Below, piece after piece: positions 1 through 11,729 of a stretch of DNA of 33,088 nt; position 1 is the first letter of the stretch; each line of letters begins with the position of its first letter. A program made the position numbers and the translations under genes. The notes below the pieces were generated by a model. The model saw nothing but the letters and a program-made list of their open reading frames with translations. It was not told the origin of the DNA and did not search any database. Source of the stretch: Chiloscyllium plagiosum (Eukaryota); NCBI RefSeq assembly GCF_004010195.1, contig NW_025215230.1, forward strand, positions 32,111 to 65,198, given 5' to 3'.

Positions 1-545
1 ATGCTGTTCCAAATCCGGACTAACCGAGGACTCTCAGGAAAGAAGTCCAAGAACCAGTAACAAAGGGATATATGTAGGCATAACAGACTCAGCTTTCCAA
101 TCAGATCCTAATGAATGATAGTGTTCAACTGAAGCTCCTGAAGAGTAATCTGACAGGGGCGTCCATTTTCGACAGGTGTGTGACGGCCAGACAGAGGATG
201 ATGGAAATGGTATCACTTGGTGAATGGTTTGGACGATATATGATCTGCAGGGTGTCCTTTGAGGTGGTCAACAGGGTCTTACCATTCTTCATCACGAGCC
301 TCTCGCAACACTTTATAATGATTGCTATAAGCACAATGGGGTGGTCGTTCTTAAGACAGGATTCTGGCGACTTCTTTGATTCAGAGACGATGGCAGTGGC
401 CTTTAAGCATTTTGCAACTATAGCGAAGCTGACAGAGATGTTCAAGACGTCCACAGATTCTCAGTATTCTATAAATTTCAAACAGTGTTTGTGTAACAAT
501 TATAGATTGGAGAGACGACGACATTTTATCTCTGGAGCATGTGGG
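1..545 (-). mobile_element. Rex1/Babar-type non-LTR retrotransposon, decayed RT fragment
   Basis: ORF 125..454(-) reads CLKATAIVSESKKSPESCLKNDHPIVL...KCCERLVM...DTLQIIYRPNHSPSDTIS...VRLLFRSFS. This matches the Rex1 RT pattern CFK.ATIIPVPKK..SCLNDYRPVAL..KCFERLV..DPLQFAYRPNRST.DAI..VRMLFIDFSSAF. Confidence 0.8.
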
Positions 546-547
546 TG

Positions 548-905
548 AGGGGTGATTTTACCGAGTTGTCTAAAATCTTGAGGGGGATAGTTAAGTTAAG
601 TGACAAGAGTATTTACTCTATATTTGGGGAGTTAAAATTATGAGGTATATTTTTTGATTTTGCGAGGGGACAGATTTAATAAAGACATGAAGGGCAAATT
701 TATACACTAAGAGAGGTTCGTGTGTGGAATGAACTTCTGAAGAATGTGATGAATGCGGGACAGTAACAACGTTAAAAAAAGGTATTTGGATAATTACATG
801 AATAAGAAAGGTTTTGCGTAATGTCGGCTAAGTGCAGGTGGAGGTGACCATTTCTGTTTAAATGGACTGTTTGTACCGAAGATCCTGTTTCCATGCTTTA
901 TGACT
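548..905 (+). mobile_element. CR1 LINE 3' end fragment, old
   Basis: Degenerate RGDL..YKI.RG.D and FFTQRVV..WN.LP coding remnants, and a 3' end cctgtttccatgctttatgact like other CR1 tails in the window. Confidence 0.65.
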
Positions 906-959
906 TCATGATTCTGTGACTTGACCATGTTTGGTTAAGCAATTAATTGAGGAGACGGG

Positions 960-1800
960 AAGAGGAGTCTTGTTCATTGTTACTGTGTCTTCTCTGGAGT
1001 GCTGCTTTGTTGCTTTTAAGTCACTGGAGTTTTGGGAAAGATCACCCGAAGGACAGATCTTCCCAGTAAAAGAACGGACTTCTGGAATCGGGGGCATCGA
1101 GAAAAGTGAACTTTCAGAAACGCTTATCAGATGAAACTTCAGACGGAGGTCGCATTTTCAAAGCAAAAATGGGCGAGTGGAAGTTTCGGTTTGTGGGAGC
1201 ATGGATGTTGCATATGTATACACTGGTTAGCGATTAGAATTTGCAAGGACTTTATTTTGGGGTCATCGTATGTAAGGTCAAGTGAAGAAGGTGCACAAAA
1301 GTTATCGATGTGTTTGGGTTTTAAAGGGCAAATCCAAAATGGGGCCAAGCACGTGAACCAAAACCATGGATATTCCTCCTGAACTATGTGTAAAAAAACA
1401 AGAACATTTCAGGTGCTTGAGTCTTAGCACATGTACAATGAGTATCTCCAGTCCAAGCTCCTGAATGTTCGGGATTTCAGAATTGGAGCAATGCAGGGAA
1501 TACAATCGGATATCTGCGAGGCTGTGGGAATCATCGGTAACACGGACAATGGCGGGGTAATTGTCACATCAAAAGGAAACACTCCAAGGATAAGAAGGAA
1601 AATGGCAGAGTAAGATGACTGGGAGGGTAGAAATCCCTCTGTGGCCATTCCCCAGAAAAACAGAGGCACCATTAGAGGATTGGCGAAATACCAGAAAACA
1701 AAGATTGTGGATAATTTGTTGTTTTTCTGGTTGGCATTCAAAGCTAGTGGTGTGCCTCAAGAATCAGTGTGGGGATCGCAATTGTTTCCAACTTAGATCG
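960..1800 (-). mobile_element. Penelope-like element RT fragment, highly decayed
   Basis: Minus-strand remnants resemble PLE RT: GGISM (cf. GVAMG), a PKIKSLQIL..QCI...CSHKP stretch (cf. PQLFLRYIDDCIGAASCS), and NKTPL at the end (cf. DRVPLVLT). Many frameshifts. Confidence 0.55.
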
Positions 1801-2720
1801 ATGATTTAGAATTGGCGGCCAAGTGTAGTGTGTCAATGTTCGCAGACCACAGTAACATGAGTGGCAGTGTAACGTGTACAGGAGAATCTGAAGGTGTACA
1901 GACGGACACAGAAATGTTAAGTGCATGGCAAAGGGTCAAGCAGATGAAATACAATATTGGTAAACGCGAAGTCATGCATTTTGGCAGGGGAACAGCAAAC
2001 TAGACTGTCATTTAATATTTCAGCATGCTGTTGTGCAGAGGGACCTGGGTGTTCTTGAGAATGAATCACAGAAGGTTGATTTGCAGGTGAAGAAGGTAAA
2101 TTAGAAGGCAAATTGATTATTGCCCTTAATAGCTTTCTGGACGGAGGTTGAAAGACGGAGGTTAAGCTGCAGGTGTTTAGGGTTCTTGTGAGGCCAGTTT
2201 TGGTCTCCTTACTTGAGCAAAGATATATTGGCATTGGAGGGGATGCAGGGAAAGTTCATTATTTTGCTTTTGGAGTAGAGAGGTTTGACTGATGACAAAA
2301 GGAAGCGTAAACTGAGACTATTCTCATTAGAATTTAGAAGATTGAGGGGAGGTTTTATGGACACAGGTAAAAATATCAAGCCAAAAGATAAGATACGAGC
2401 AGCGAAGTTATTTGCTCTGGCTAATGAAACTAAAACTAGGGTCATAGTCTCAAAATAGTCGGACCAGATTACGGACTGAGTTGAAGAGCAACTTCTTCCT
2501 CCAAAGGGCGGTGAATCTGTGCAATTCGGTCCCCAGTTACGAATGCTTTTAAGGCAAACAAAAATAGAGATTCGACCAGTGAATCAATCAAGGATTATTG
2601 TAAACTGTCAGGGAAGTGAAGTTAAGCACCAAAAATCATCAGTCACGATCTAATTGAATGCCGATGCAAGCTCCAGTGGCCAAATGAATTATTCCTACTC
2701 CTGTTTCTTATATTCTTCTG
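1800..2720 (+). mobile_element. CR1 LINE RT C-terminal/3' fragment
   Basis: SMFADHSNMSGSV (cf. SKFADDTKIGG) and WQRVKQMKYNIGKREVMHFGR (cf. W...WQM.FN..KC.V.HFG); ends in a CR1-like tail near 2720. Confidence 0.8.
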
Positions 2721-2789
2721 TTATAAAATTCTTCTCCTACCATCTGGCGTTCTTATTAAATCATTCAGCTCGCCGTACCTCCTTTCATC

Positions 2790-3430
2790 GAGTCATAGAT
2801 TTCCAATGCATGGAGACAAGTCATTTGGCACAAACTGTTCTGTGCCGAACAAATTGTAATCCATGATGAATCCATTTTTCAGCGGTTGACCCATATTCTT
2901 CTAATTATTTCCTGTTTATTTTTCTTAACATACCAACCACAACCAGCTCCGCTAGCAGCTCATTAAATATACATACCGCCTATTGTGTAATGCAGTCGCC
3001 CCTTACGACCCATTTATTTTGTCGCACCTAATCTTAAACTTATGCCCTCTCGTCCTCGATTCCTCTACCATGGGAAAAAAGACTGAGTGTATTCACCCTG
3101 TCGATGCCTCTCAACGTCTTATGCGCATTTGTAAAAGCCCCCTCATTTTCCTACACAATAAAAGCACATGTCTAACATCTTCCAATAACTCTGGTATTGA
3201 GTCCATATAATATCCTTGTGAATTTTATCTGCACACTCTCGACTTCAATAACACCTTTCCGATAACAAGGTGACTAAAAATGAACACAATAGTCAAAGTA
3301 CGGCTTCACTAACATCCGATACAACTGCAAAATTTCAGCCTAACATTTATACTTAGTGCTCTGACTAAGAGAAGCCAATGTGTCAAAAAGAAAATTCCGT
3401 GCCCTGTGTGCCTGTGCTTCCACTTGCAGA
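2790..3430 (-). mobile_element. CR1 LINE 3' fragment
   Basis: Starts with gagtcatagatttccaatgcatggagacaag, like the CR1 3' ends at 13105 and 26538, followed by decayed RT C-terminal sequence. Confidence 0.7.
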
Positions 3431-3454
3431 GAGCTGGAAACCTGAATGCTAACA

Positions 3455-3667
3455 GTGTTTGTGCGTGTAAGAGTGTGCACATGTGTATGTGTATTCCTTT
3501 GAGTTTGAGTATGTATGTGTATGAGCGAACTCTGTCTGATAGTGGGAGTGCGTGCATGTGAGCGAATGTGTATGTTTGTGTGTGAGTACATATGTGTGTT
3601 TATGGGTGAGTGGGAGTGAATGAGACACAGTGTGTGAGTGAGTGAGAGTGTGTGTGCGTGTTTATGA

Positions 3668-3705
<38 letters not shown>

Positions 3706-3762
3706 GAGTGAGAAAGGGAGTGCCTGTGTGTATATATGTGTGTTTGTGTGTGTGACTGTGTG
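3455..3762. repeat. Imperfect (GT)n/(GA)n microsatellite
   Basis: Directly visible GT/GA dinucleotide runs; explains the His/Thr-rich ORF 3340..3825. Confidence 0.95.
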
Positions 3763-5795
3763 GTCACCTCTCCCGAAAAACATTAGAGCCTGATTCTCAA
3801 GCTGTATCTCACCAGCAGACTGCAACGGAACGTCTGAACTTCACGGACATTCACTGCGATTAATCACAAAGTTCAGCAGAAGAAATGTCCTTGAAATTTT
3901 CAGTGAACTCAACGTGGAGCATCAGAGTGCTGAAAGCAGTTATTTGCCCCACTGACCCTGTGCTTTCCTTTAATCTGAACTGGAGATCACACAATCTCCC
4001 TCTCTCTCTCTGAAGTACACAAAATGGAGAATGACAACTCAGCGATACACACCCCACAATGATCGGAAGAGGCTGTGGTTTTTACGCTATTCGTGACGAC
4101 CGTTATGTGTTATTTGACAAGTTTGCTCACTGTCAGACCAAGATGCTGGAAAGTTTCGCTGATTGCATTCAAGCGCCTGATACATGTTGTAATTGTACCT
4201 GGTTCTATTATTTCCTTTGGAAATTCGGTCGATGCACATAATACCCTGAATAGAACATAGAACATAGCACATAGTAGAGTACAGCACAGAACAGGCCCTT
4301 CAGCCCACGATGTTGTGCCGACCACTGATCCTCATGTATGCACCCTTAAATTTCTGTGACCATATGCATGTCCAGGAGTCGCTTAAATGTCCCCAATGAC
4401 CCTGCCTCCACAACTGCTGCTGGCAACGCATTCCATGCTCTCACAACTCTCTGTGTAAAGAACCCACTCTGACATCCCCTCTATACTTTCCTCCAACCAG
4501 CTTAAAACTATCACCCCTCGTGTTATGTTCCCCTGAATCCCATTCCTCCTGACCTTCTGAATGAGCCTACCATGGGGAACCTAATCAAATGCCTTGCTGA
4601 AGTCTATATACACCACATCCATAGTTCAACCCTCATCAACGTTTCTAGTCACATCCTCAAAGAACTCGATAAGTTTTGTGAGGCATGACCTGCCCCTCAC
4701 AAAGCCGTGTTGACTGCATTTAATCAAGCCATGTTCTTCCAGATGGTGATAAATCCTATATCTCAGAATCCTTTCTAACACCTTGCAGACGACAGACCTG
4801 AGACTTACTGGTCTGCAATTGCCAGGGATTTCCCTATTTCCTTTCCTGAAGAGAGGAATTACATTTGCCTCTCTCCAGTCCTCAGGTACGACTCCAGTGG
4901 AGAGCAAGGATGAAAAGATCTTCGCAAGTGGCGAAGCAATTGCATTTCTCGTTTCCCAAAGAAGCTGAGCACAAATCTGGTCTGGCCCTGGCGACTTGCC
5001 AATCTTAATGTTTGACAAAATTTTCAGCACCTCAGCTTCCTCTATCTCTATCCATTTCAGCATGCACACCTGCTCTTCAAAGGTTTCATTCACTAAAAAG
5101 TTCGTTTCTTTCGTAAAGACAGAAGCAAAAAACTCATTTAGGGCTTCCCCTATCTCCTCAGTCTCCACACACAAACTCCCTATGCTATCCCTAATTGGCC
5201 CTAATCTTTCTTTGACCATTCTCTTATTCCTTACATAAGTATAAAATGCCATTGTGTTCTCCCTAATTCGTTCTGACGAGCCTTTCTCGTGCCCCCTCCT
5301 GGCTCTCCTCAGACCATTTTGAAGCTCCTTCCTCGCCTGCCTGGAATCCTTTAGAGCTGAACTTGACCCGAGCTACCTCCACCTTATGTAAGCTACCTTT
5401 TTCCTTTTGACGAGAATCTCCACCACTCTCATTATCCAAGGTTCCTTTATCTTACCACTTCTTGACTGTCTCAGAGGGACATATTTATTCATTATTTGCA
5501 ACAACCGTTCCTTAAACAGTCTCCACATGTCTATAGTGTCTTTACCATGGAACAATTGCTCACAATCCATGCTTCCTAACTCATGTCTAATCGCATCATA
5601 GTTTCCTCTTCCCCAATTAAATATCTTCCCATTTTGCCTAATCCTCTCCTTCTCCATAGCTATTTAGAATGTGAGGCAGTTGTGGTCGCTATCACGAAAA
5701 TGCTCTCCAACAACAAGATCTGATACCTGCTCCGGCTCGTTTCCGAGCACTAAGTCCAGAATGGCCTCTCCCCTCGTCGGCCTGTCAACGTACTA

Positions 5796-6819
5796 AGTTA
5801 GGAAACCCTCCTGAACACACCTTACAAAAACAGCTCCATGCAAATCTTCTGCTCGAAGGAGGTTCCAATCAATATTGGGAAATTTCAAGTCACCCATTAC
5901 AACAACCCTACTACGTCCACACTTTTCCAAAATCTGTCGAGCTATGCTTTCTTCCATCTCCCTGCTGCTATTGGGGGGCCTGTAGTAAACCCCTAAAGAG
6001 GTGACTGCTTCCTTTCTGTTCCTAATTTCCACCCATACTGACTCGGTAGGCAGATCTTCCTCGACAATGGAAGCTTCTGTAGCTGTGATACCCTCTCTGA
6101 TTAGTAGTGCTACACCCCTTCCACTTTTCCCCCTCCCTATTCTTTTTAAATGCTCTAAACCCTGGAACATCCAGCAACCATTCCTGCCCCTGAGAAACCC
6201 ATGTCTCTGTTTTGGCCACAACATCATAGCACCAGGTACTGATCCATGCTCTAAGTTCGTCACTTTTATTCCTGATACTCCTTGCATTGAAGCAAACACA
6301 GTTTAACAGTTAGGAAACCCTCCGGAGCACCCCTTACAAAAACAGCTCCATTCAAATCTTCTGCTCGAAGGAGGTTCCAATCAATATTGGGAAAGTTAAA
6401 GTCACCCATTACAACAACCCTACTACGTCCACACTTTTCCAAAATCTGTCGAGCTATGCTTTCTTCCATCTCCCTGCTGCTATTGCGGGGCCTGTAGTAA
6501 ACCCCTAAAGAGGTGACTGCTTCCTTGCTGTTCCTAATTTCCACCCATACTGACTTGGTAGGCAGATCTTCCTCGACAATGGAAGCTTCTGTAGCTGTGA
6601 CACCCTCTCTGATTAGTAGTGCTATACCCCTTCCACTTTTCCCCCTCCCTATTCTTTTTAAATGCTCTAAACCCTGGAACATCCAGCAACCATTCCTGCC
6701 CCTGAGAAACCCATGTCTCTGTTTTGGCCACAACATCATAGCACCAGGTACTGATCCATGCTCTAAGTTCGTCACTTTTATTCCTGATACTCCTTGCATT
6801 GAAGCAAACACAGTTTAAC
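5796..6819. repeat. 512-bp tandem duplication of the CR1 endonuclease region (5796-6307 / 6308-6819)
   Basis: Direct comparison gives about 11 substitutions in 512 bp; near-identical ORFs 5793..6299 and 6266..6811. Confidence 0.95.
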
Positions 6820-6879
6820 AGATACCTTGGTTCCTTGCCAGGAAAATCCTTCCCACTAGTTGGTCTACCTCTTGCTACT

Positions 6880-7690
6880 GCCTCATCTGCACCAACTCTC
6901 ATCTCCGGTGTCCAGCTCAGGTTCCCACCCCCCTGCCATACTAGTTTAAATCCTCTCGAACTACTCATGCAAAACTTCCACCCAGGACATTGGTCCCCTT
7001 CCAGTTCAGATGCAACCCGTCCTTCTTGTACAGGTCCCACCTTCCCCAGAAGGCATTCCAATTATCTACATATCTGAAGCCCTCCCTCCTACACCAGCCG
7101 TGCAGCCACGTATTAAGCTGCGCCGCTCCCTGTTCCTCGCCTTGCTATCTCGTGGCACCGGTAGTAAACTAGAGAATGCTGCTCTGTTAGTCCTGCTTTG
7201 CAGCTTCCACCCTAACTCCCTGAAATCACTTTTTATATCTTCGATACTTTTCCTGGCTATATCATTAGTGCCAATATGTAACAACACTTCTGGCTGTTCG
7301 CCCTCCCCATTTAGACCCTTATACACCCGATTGGAAACGTACCGGACCGTGGCACCAGGGAGGCAACATACCTTCCGGGAATCCCGATCCTGACCACAAA
7401 CTCTCCTGTCGATTCCGCTAACTATCGAGTCCCCGACCACGAATACTTTTGTATTTTGCCCCCTTCCCTTCTTTGCCACAGTGTCAGTCACAGTGCCAGA
7501 GCACTGACTGCTTTGGCTTTCATCTGGTTGGTCATCCCCCCAGCAGTATCCAAAACGGTATACTTATTGCTGAGGGGAATGTCCACAGGGGATACCTCCA
7601 CTGTTTGACTGTCCCTTTTCCTCCCCCTAACTGTAACTCATTTATCCTTGTCCTGAGCCTTAGGTGTGACCAAATCCCGGTAACTCCTCT
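6880..7690 (-). pseudogene. CR1 ORF1, SGNH/GDSL esterase-like domain
   Basis: ORF 7066..7491(-) has VVGDSIVSG, CLPGA and LHIGTNDI, the esterase blocks typical of CR1 ORF1; frameshifted. Confidence 0.85.
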
Positions 7691-7997
7691 CAATTTGTCT
7701 TGCGGATATATATGCTTTCCTTCTCGGCTGCCCCTCTGGTCCTCGTCACGTCCCTCGCTGCTCTCGCTCCTTCTGTGAAAGGGAAAACACCGCTGTCCGC
7801 TACGGGTAAGTAATTTTTAAAAAACTGCCTTACCTTAGCTGCAGTCTTCCGGGTTCGTCTTATCTCCGCTGCTGCTCGCTCTCAAAATGTGATTTTATTT
7901 TATTTTATTCCGAGTAAAAAAAAATAATCGTGTTTACTGGGGTGTCTCCACAAACGTTACATTCTATTCCTTTCTGTTTCTTAATCAATCACACAGT

Positions 7998-8130
7998 TTA
8001 TGGGCATTTAAACGGGCATTGGATAGGCATATGGAGGATAGTGGGCTAGTGTAGGTTTGGTGGGCTTAGATCGGCGCAACTTCGAGGGCCAAAGGGCCTG
8101 GACTGCGCTGTACTTTTCTATGTTCTATGT
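7998..8130 (+). mobile_element. Short 5'-truncated CR1 3' tail
   Basis: gatcggcgcaacttcgagggccaaagggcctggactgcgctgtac...ttctatgttctatgt is a typical CR1 3' UTR and tail. Confidence 0.8.
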
Positions 8131-8714
8131 ATTGTGTCTGTGATTTTTTGATCCATGGTAATTATAAATGGACCATTTACTTATGGATTAAGGCCAAATG
8201 ATCAGAAATGTTATAGCTTCAACATACATAAACTGTGCAAACATGTGTTTGCTGCTTCAGAAGTACATTACGGAAGTGCATGGTATTTAACCTTTTTCAT
8301 TCAGCGAGACGAACGACCAGAGTAATCCATATTTCCTTAACGTGTTCAGAACAGATGTGGCCAGTGACAGTCATTGAATTGACTGTTGTTGTGGTGGAGG
8401 AGACTTCAGTGTATTACCAACCTCTCGATTGCCTCTTCAGAGCACAGTTACATGCAGCATTATATGTGGATAATACAGCAGAATCATTTTAGCGTGCAAA
8501 GAGTAAGCGTCACCTTTCTACACTGCCTGTACAATTATTGGAATAATTGGAGATGAGCGATAAAACCAACATCAGGCGATGTCAACATTCCACCCAAACC
8601 AAGTATTGTTGTCAACTGAAACGGAAAGAGTTAATTGGAGCTGTTGGTTCAGTGACTGTGATTGATGAAAATCTCCATGGATCACTATTATGTGACTGGA
8701 GGTTTTCCCTGTTC

Positions 8715-8756
8715 TATTTATAAGGGACTTTTTTCACTGGGTTTTTCCCCAGTATC
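8715..8756 (+). promoter_or_regulatory. Candidate TATA box and initiator for the GPCR gene
   Basis: TATTTATAAG at 8715-8724, an Inr-like CCAGT about 30 nt downstream (A at 8751), and the ATG about 100 nt further on. Confidence 0.5.
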
Positions 8757-8849
8757 AGTGGCAGCGTCATCCTCAACAGGATTGGAATCAGCAGCTCCAC
8801 AGAGTGGGAGAGATCAGGAGCTGAGTAGAATCAACTGGAATGTTCCAAA

Positions 8850-9024
8850 ATGGATCAGAATCTGAGACAAACAGATTGGGATGTTCTAACAATGAGCAGG
8901 GGTTTATCCTTGGGTCTTCACTGGCTTTCTCTGTCTGGAGTATGGTTAGAAAAGCGGATACATGCCATACTGCTGATTATTCAGGCAGGTTATTATCCCA
9001 TCCTCGCTATTGCTGGTATTCCTG
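8850..9024 (+). CDS. First coding exon of a GPR139/GPR142-like rhodopsin-class GPCR (N-terminus and start of TM1)
   Basis: MDQNLRQTDWDVLTM...RIHAILLIIQAGYYPILAIAGIP ends at a consensus donor CTG|GTAAGT (phase 1, intron starts 9025). YYPILAI.G.P followed by an intron matches my recollection of shark GPR139-like genes. Exon 2 was not found, so functionality is unverified. Confidence 0.75.
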
Positions 9025-9332
9025 GTAAGTCTATTTATGCCCATTTATTCATTCTGTAAACTAGTTTGAACGCCAATGCTATTTATGCTTTCAAGAACGA
9101 TTTAAACTATTGCATTTACTTTCAAACACAAACCACATTGCTTTTCTATGAATTTCATACCCTTCAATTACAAACATCAGAGGAGGAACAAACGTGTTCG
9201 TGACCACCTGACCCCATTTTGTCCTGAGCTAATTGATGTCTCAATATCCCCTCTGTCACCCAACCTGTCTGCTACCACCTCCATAATATCCTCATGTCTT
9301 CACTTCGTCCTCACTGCTGTTTCAGAATAAAC

Positions 9333-9945
9333 CAATATCTCCACCTTGCCGGTTGCAGTTCTCTTTTGGTCATTCATCCAGTTACTTATCCTTGTCTCAA
9401 CATGGACTTATGCCAGGGGCAAATTGTGAACCCAGTCTCAATCTCAAATGTAGTTGTTGTCGGTTAAAAAAAGAGAAGGTTTCAAATCGAGAAATCAATC
9501 AGATGTCATTTATTAAACAAACGCATTTGTGGGACACAGACAGCAGCTTTACATTGCTCAGTTCACTGTATTGTCTGTTTCCATTATTATCGAATGGATG
9601 GATTACTCATTCTTTAAACCTTACAGTCTGCTGATGCTCTCAATATCTGCACCTTGCCGGTTGCAGTTCTCTTTTGGTCATTCATTCAGTTATTTATCCT
9701 TGTCTCAACATGGACTTATGCCAGGGGCAAATTGTGAACCCAATCTCAATCTCAAATGTAGTTGTTGTCGGTTAAAAAAGAGAAGGTTTCAAATCGAGAA
9801 ATCAATCAGATGTCATTTATTAAACAAACGCATTTGTGGGACACAGACAGCAGCTTTACATCGCTCAGTTCACTGTATTGTCTGTTTCCACGATTATAGA
9901 ATGGATGGATCATTCATTCGTTAAAACCTTACAGTCTGCTGATGT
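9333..9945. repeat. ~308-bp tandem duplication (9333-9640 / 9641-~9945) spanning the host/3' LTR junction
   Basis: Both copies start caatatct(c/g)caccttgccggttgcag and end aaccttacagtctgctgatg, with a few percent differences. Each contains host flank plus the LTR end with the poly(A) signal. Confidence 0.95.
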
Positions 9946-10150
9946 TCTCTTCGTTGCTTTGCTGAGTGTGCGAACGGAATTCTCCTAAGAAATAAAAATC
10001 GCATAAATCCGTTCCAGAGAAAGAAAATAAAAAATACACAAAGTCGTTTCACGCACTTTAAAAACCATCGAATTTTCCATGGCTGCGAGAACAAGCTGCA
10101 CGCGTTATCAAATCAGGTTTTGGCTAAGTGTCCCAAAATACCCGAATTCA
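9763..10150 (-). repeat. 3' LTR of the ERV
   Basis: Colinear with 15273-15637 plus 15969-15998 at roughly 70-75% identity by eye (gaaatcaatcagatg.catttattaaac; aaagtcgttt.ac..actttaaaaa; tggc.aagtgtc.caaaatacc). Minus-strand AATAAA at 9816-9821; TG...CA ends. Confidence 0.85.
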
Positions 10151-10166
10151 GCACCCCTCCCACCCA
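10151..10166 (-). other. Polypurine tract (degenerate)
   Basis: Minus strand GGGTGGGAGGGGTGC immediately before the TG start of the 3' LTR. Confidence 0.6.
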
Positions 10167-10303
10167 CGCCCCCATACCCCCCACCAACCCGCACCCGGCT
10201 TCAAAAGCAACGAAGAGTGTGGACTCTAGACATTTACAAACAAAGCTCCACTGGTTGCCAATCATCCTTCTGGAGGAGACGAACAGTAACGTCAGAATGT
10301 AGA

Positions 10304-11727
10304 CTAGATCTTGTCAGAACACGAGCAGTACGTATTGTACAATATGAATTGAAAAAGTGTCATAAAGACACAACAAACAATTACAATAACAACGAGAACA
10401 ATCATCGCATGGAAAATATATGCGCTCCAATATCCGCCGAGTAGCCAACCAAGAGAGGCAGGTGGCTTATAATCATGGAATTGCCACCCCCCCGCCTCCC
10501 CGCGCGTTGTAATCTTACCTGCCTCGTGTAGTGTGTCGTCAGGCAAATTAGTCATATTATGCAAGGCATGAAGAATGTAAATGCATCAGTTGGAGCACAT
10601 GTAAAACTCTGGAGGCAAATAATGGAGGGTCAGACTTTTCTGCACAGCAACAGAGTGGGTGGCAACAAGCCCAGGCGTAAAATCAGAGATGGCAGTGCTA
10701 ATATCCTCAACGCTCTCGGCAGTGTTGGTTAGCCATTTTTTACGAGATTGGGGTCATATTAATCAGTTCCCTCGCTCCCTTAGCTATCCCATACACAGGG
10801 AAGGCGATCATAAACAACCGCTCAGTCTCAGTTCTGAACCATTTCAAAGATAACAGGTGGATGTTCAGAGGAGGGCGAGCAGACGGGACCACGGAGGCAA
10901 GGTAGCAAGATCGACAACCGTTTGGACGGAGCCAGGGGTAGGCGTTTAGGCCACAGACAAATTCGGTACAATGGTCACTTCCAACGTAATCATTCTGAAT
11001 TGCAATCCAAACTGTTTTCAACATTTTACATGTCATCTTATTGACAAATCCAAGACTCAGTATACTCCCAGAGGAAATTGATCGGCGACCGGATGGAGAA
11101 AGGAGCTGGGAATGGGATTGCATTGTATTGACATGCAACCCACGCCTACTCCAACCCACTGAGCATTTGGATTGAACAAGGCACTCACAGACGCTCTTAT
11201 TCAACCAAATCTGCTGCCGTTTCCCCCCCTGCAGGTTCCCCTGGAACGTTCGCTGGGCACCTAAAGCTCCACGTGCAGCAGACGTCTCCACAAAGAAACC
11301 CCAGTTGTCCCATCCATCTAGCATTGTGGGCGATGCTGTATGGTTGAGGAAGCCTGAACAGCGGGCACAGCGGATGGCTTCCCATGAGTTCAACCCATGC
11401 GTGTGATGGGGACAAAAGACAGAATTATGATGACAAAGATGCTTAGTATGTAAGGTCACATTCCCAGTCACCACAAAGGGTTCACAGACCCTGATTCCCA
11501 TGCAGCACAGACTAACACAGCTATGCATCTAGGCAATCCATTAACTGCCAGTCCCTCTGAAATGGCAAGTACAACATCGGTCACTGATCATCGTCTTGGA
11601 ACTGGGTGACCACCCCCGAGTGAAAGCCCCCTCGTTCTTACAATAAATGTCGAAGTCTTTACTCACATCTGGCAATCCCGTTCTGGGGCTGACATTAACA
11701 TGGCTTTCAGTTTCAAAGAGGAGTCAT
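10304..11727 (-). pseudogene. env: Retroviral env, gamma-type TM, 5'-truncated with stops and frameshift
   Basis: Cys-rich SU (FVCGLNAYPWL..GCRSCYLASVVP), fusion-peptide-like ERLFMIAFPVYGIAK, a heptad region, ISD-like VAVQKSLTLHYL (cf. VALQNRLALDYL, 10617-10651), a decayed Cys loop MCSN*CIYI, and a membrane anchor AMIVLVVIVIVCCVF. Confidence 0.88.
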
Positions 11728-11729
11728 CT

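Larger units (their letters stand above)
4250..7880 (-). mobile_element. Near-full-length defective CR1 LINE (ORF1 esterase, ORF2 APE-RT, internal deletion and duplication)
   Basis: (CTATGTT)n tail at 4250. RT N-half KSPGPD, PEDWREANVIPLFRKG, RPVSL, SQHGFVRGRSCLT. APE domain FNARSI, TETW, GVALLIRE, GVYYRPP, MGDFNFPNIDW. The RT C-half is missing at a junction near 4525. Confidence 0.95.

Noticed and set aside
3340..3825. 161-aa His/Thr-rich ORF
   Set aside because: It is a translation of the GT/GA microsatellite.
10304..11528. Env as a domesticated syncytin-like gene
   Set aside because: It has no signal peptide, a frameshift near 10740, in-frame stops, and a decayed furin site and Cys loop.
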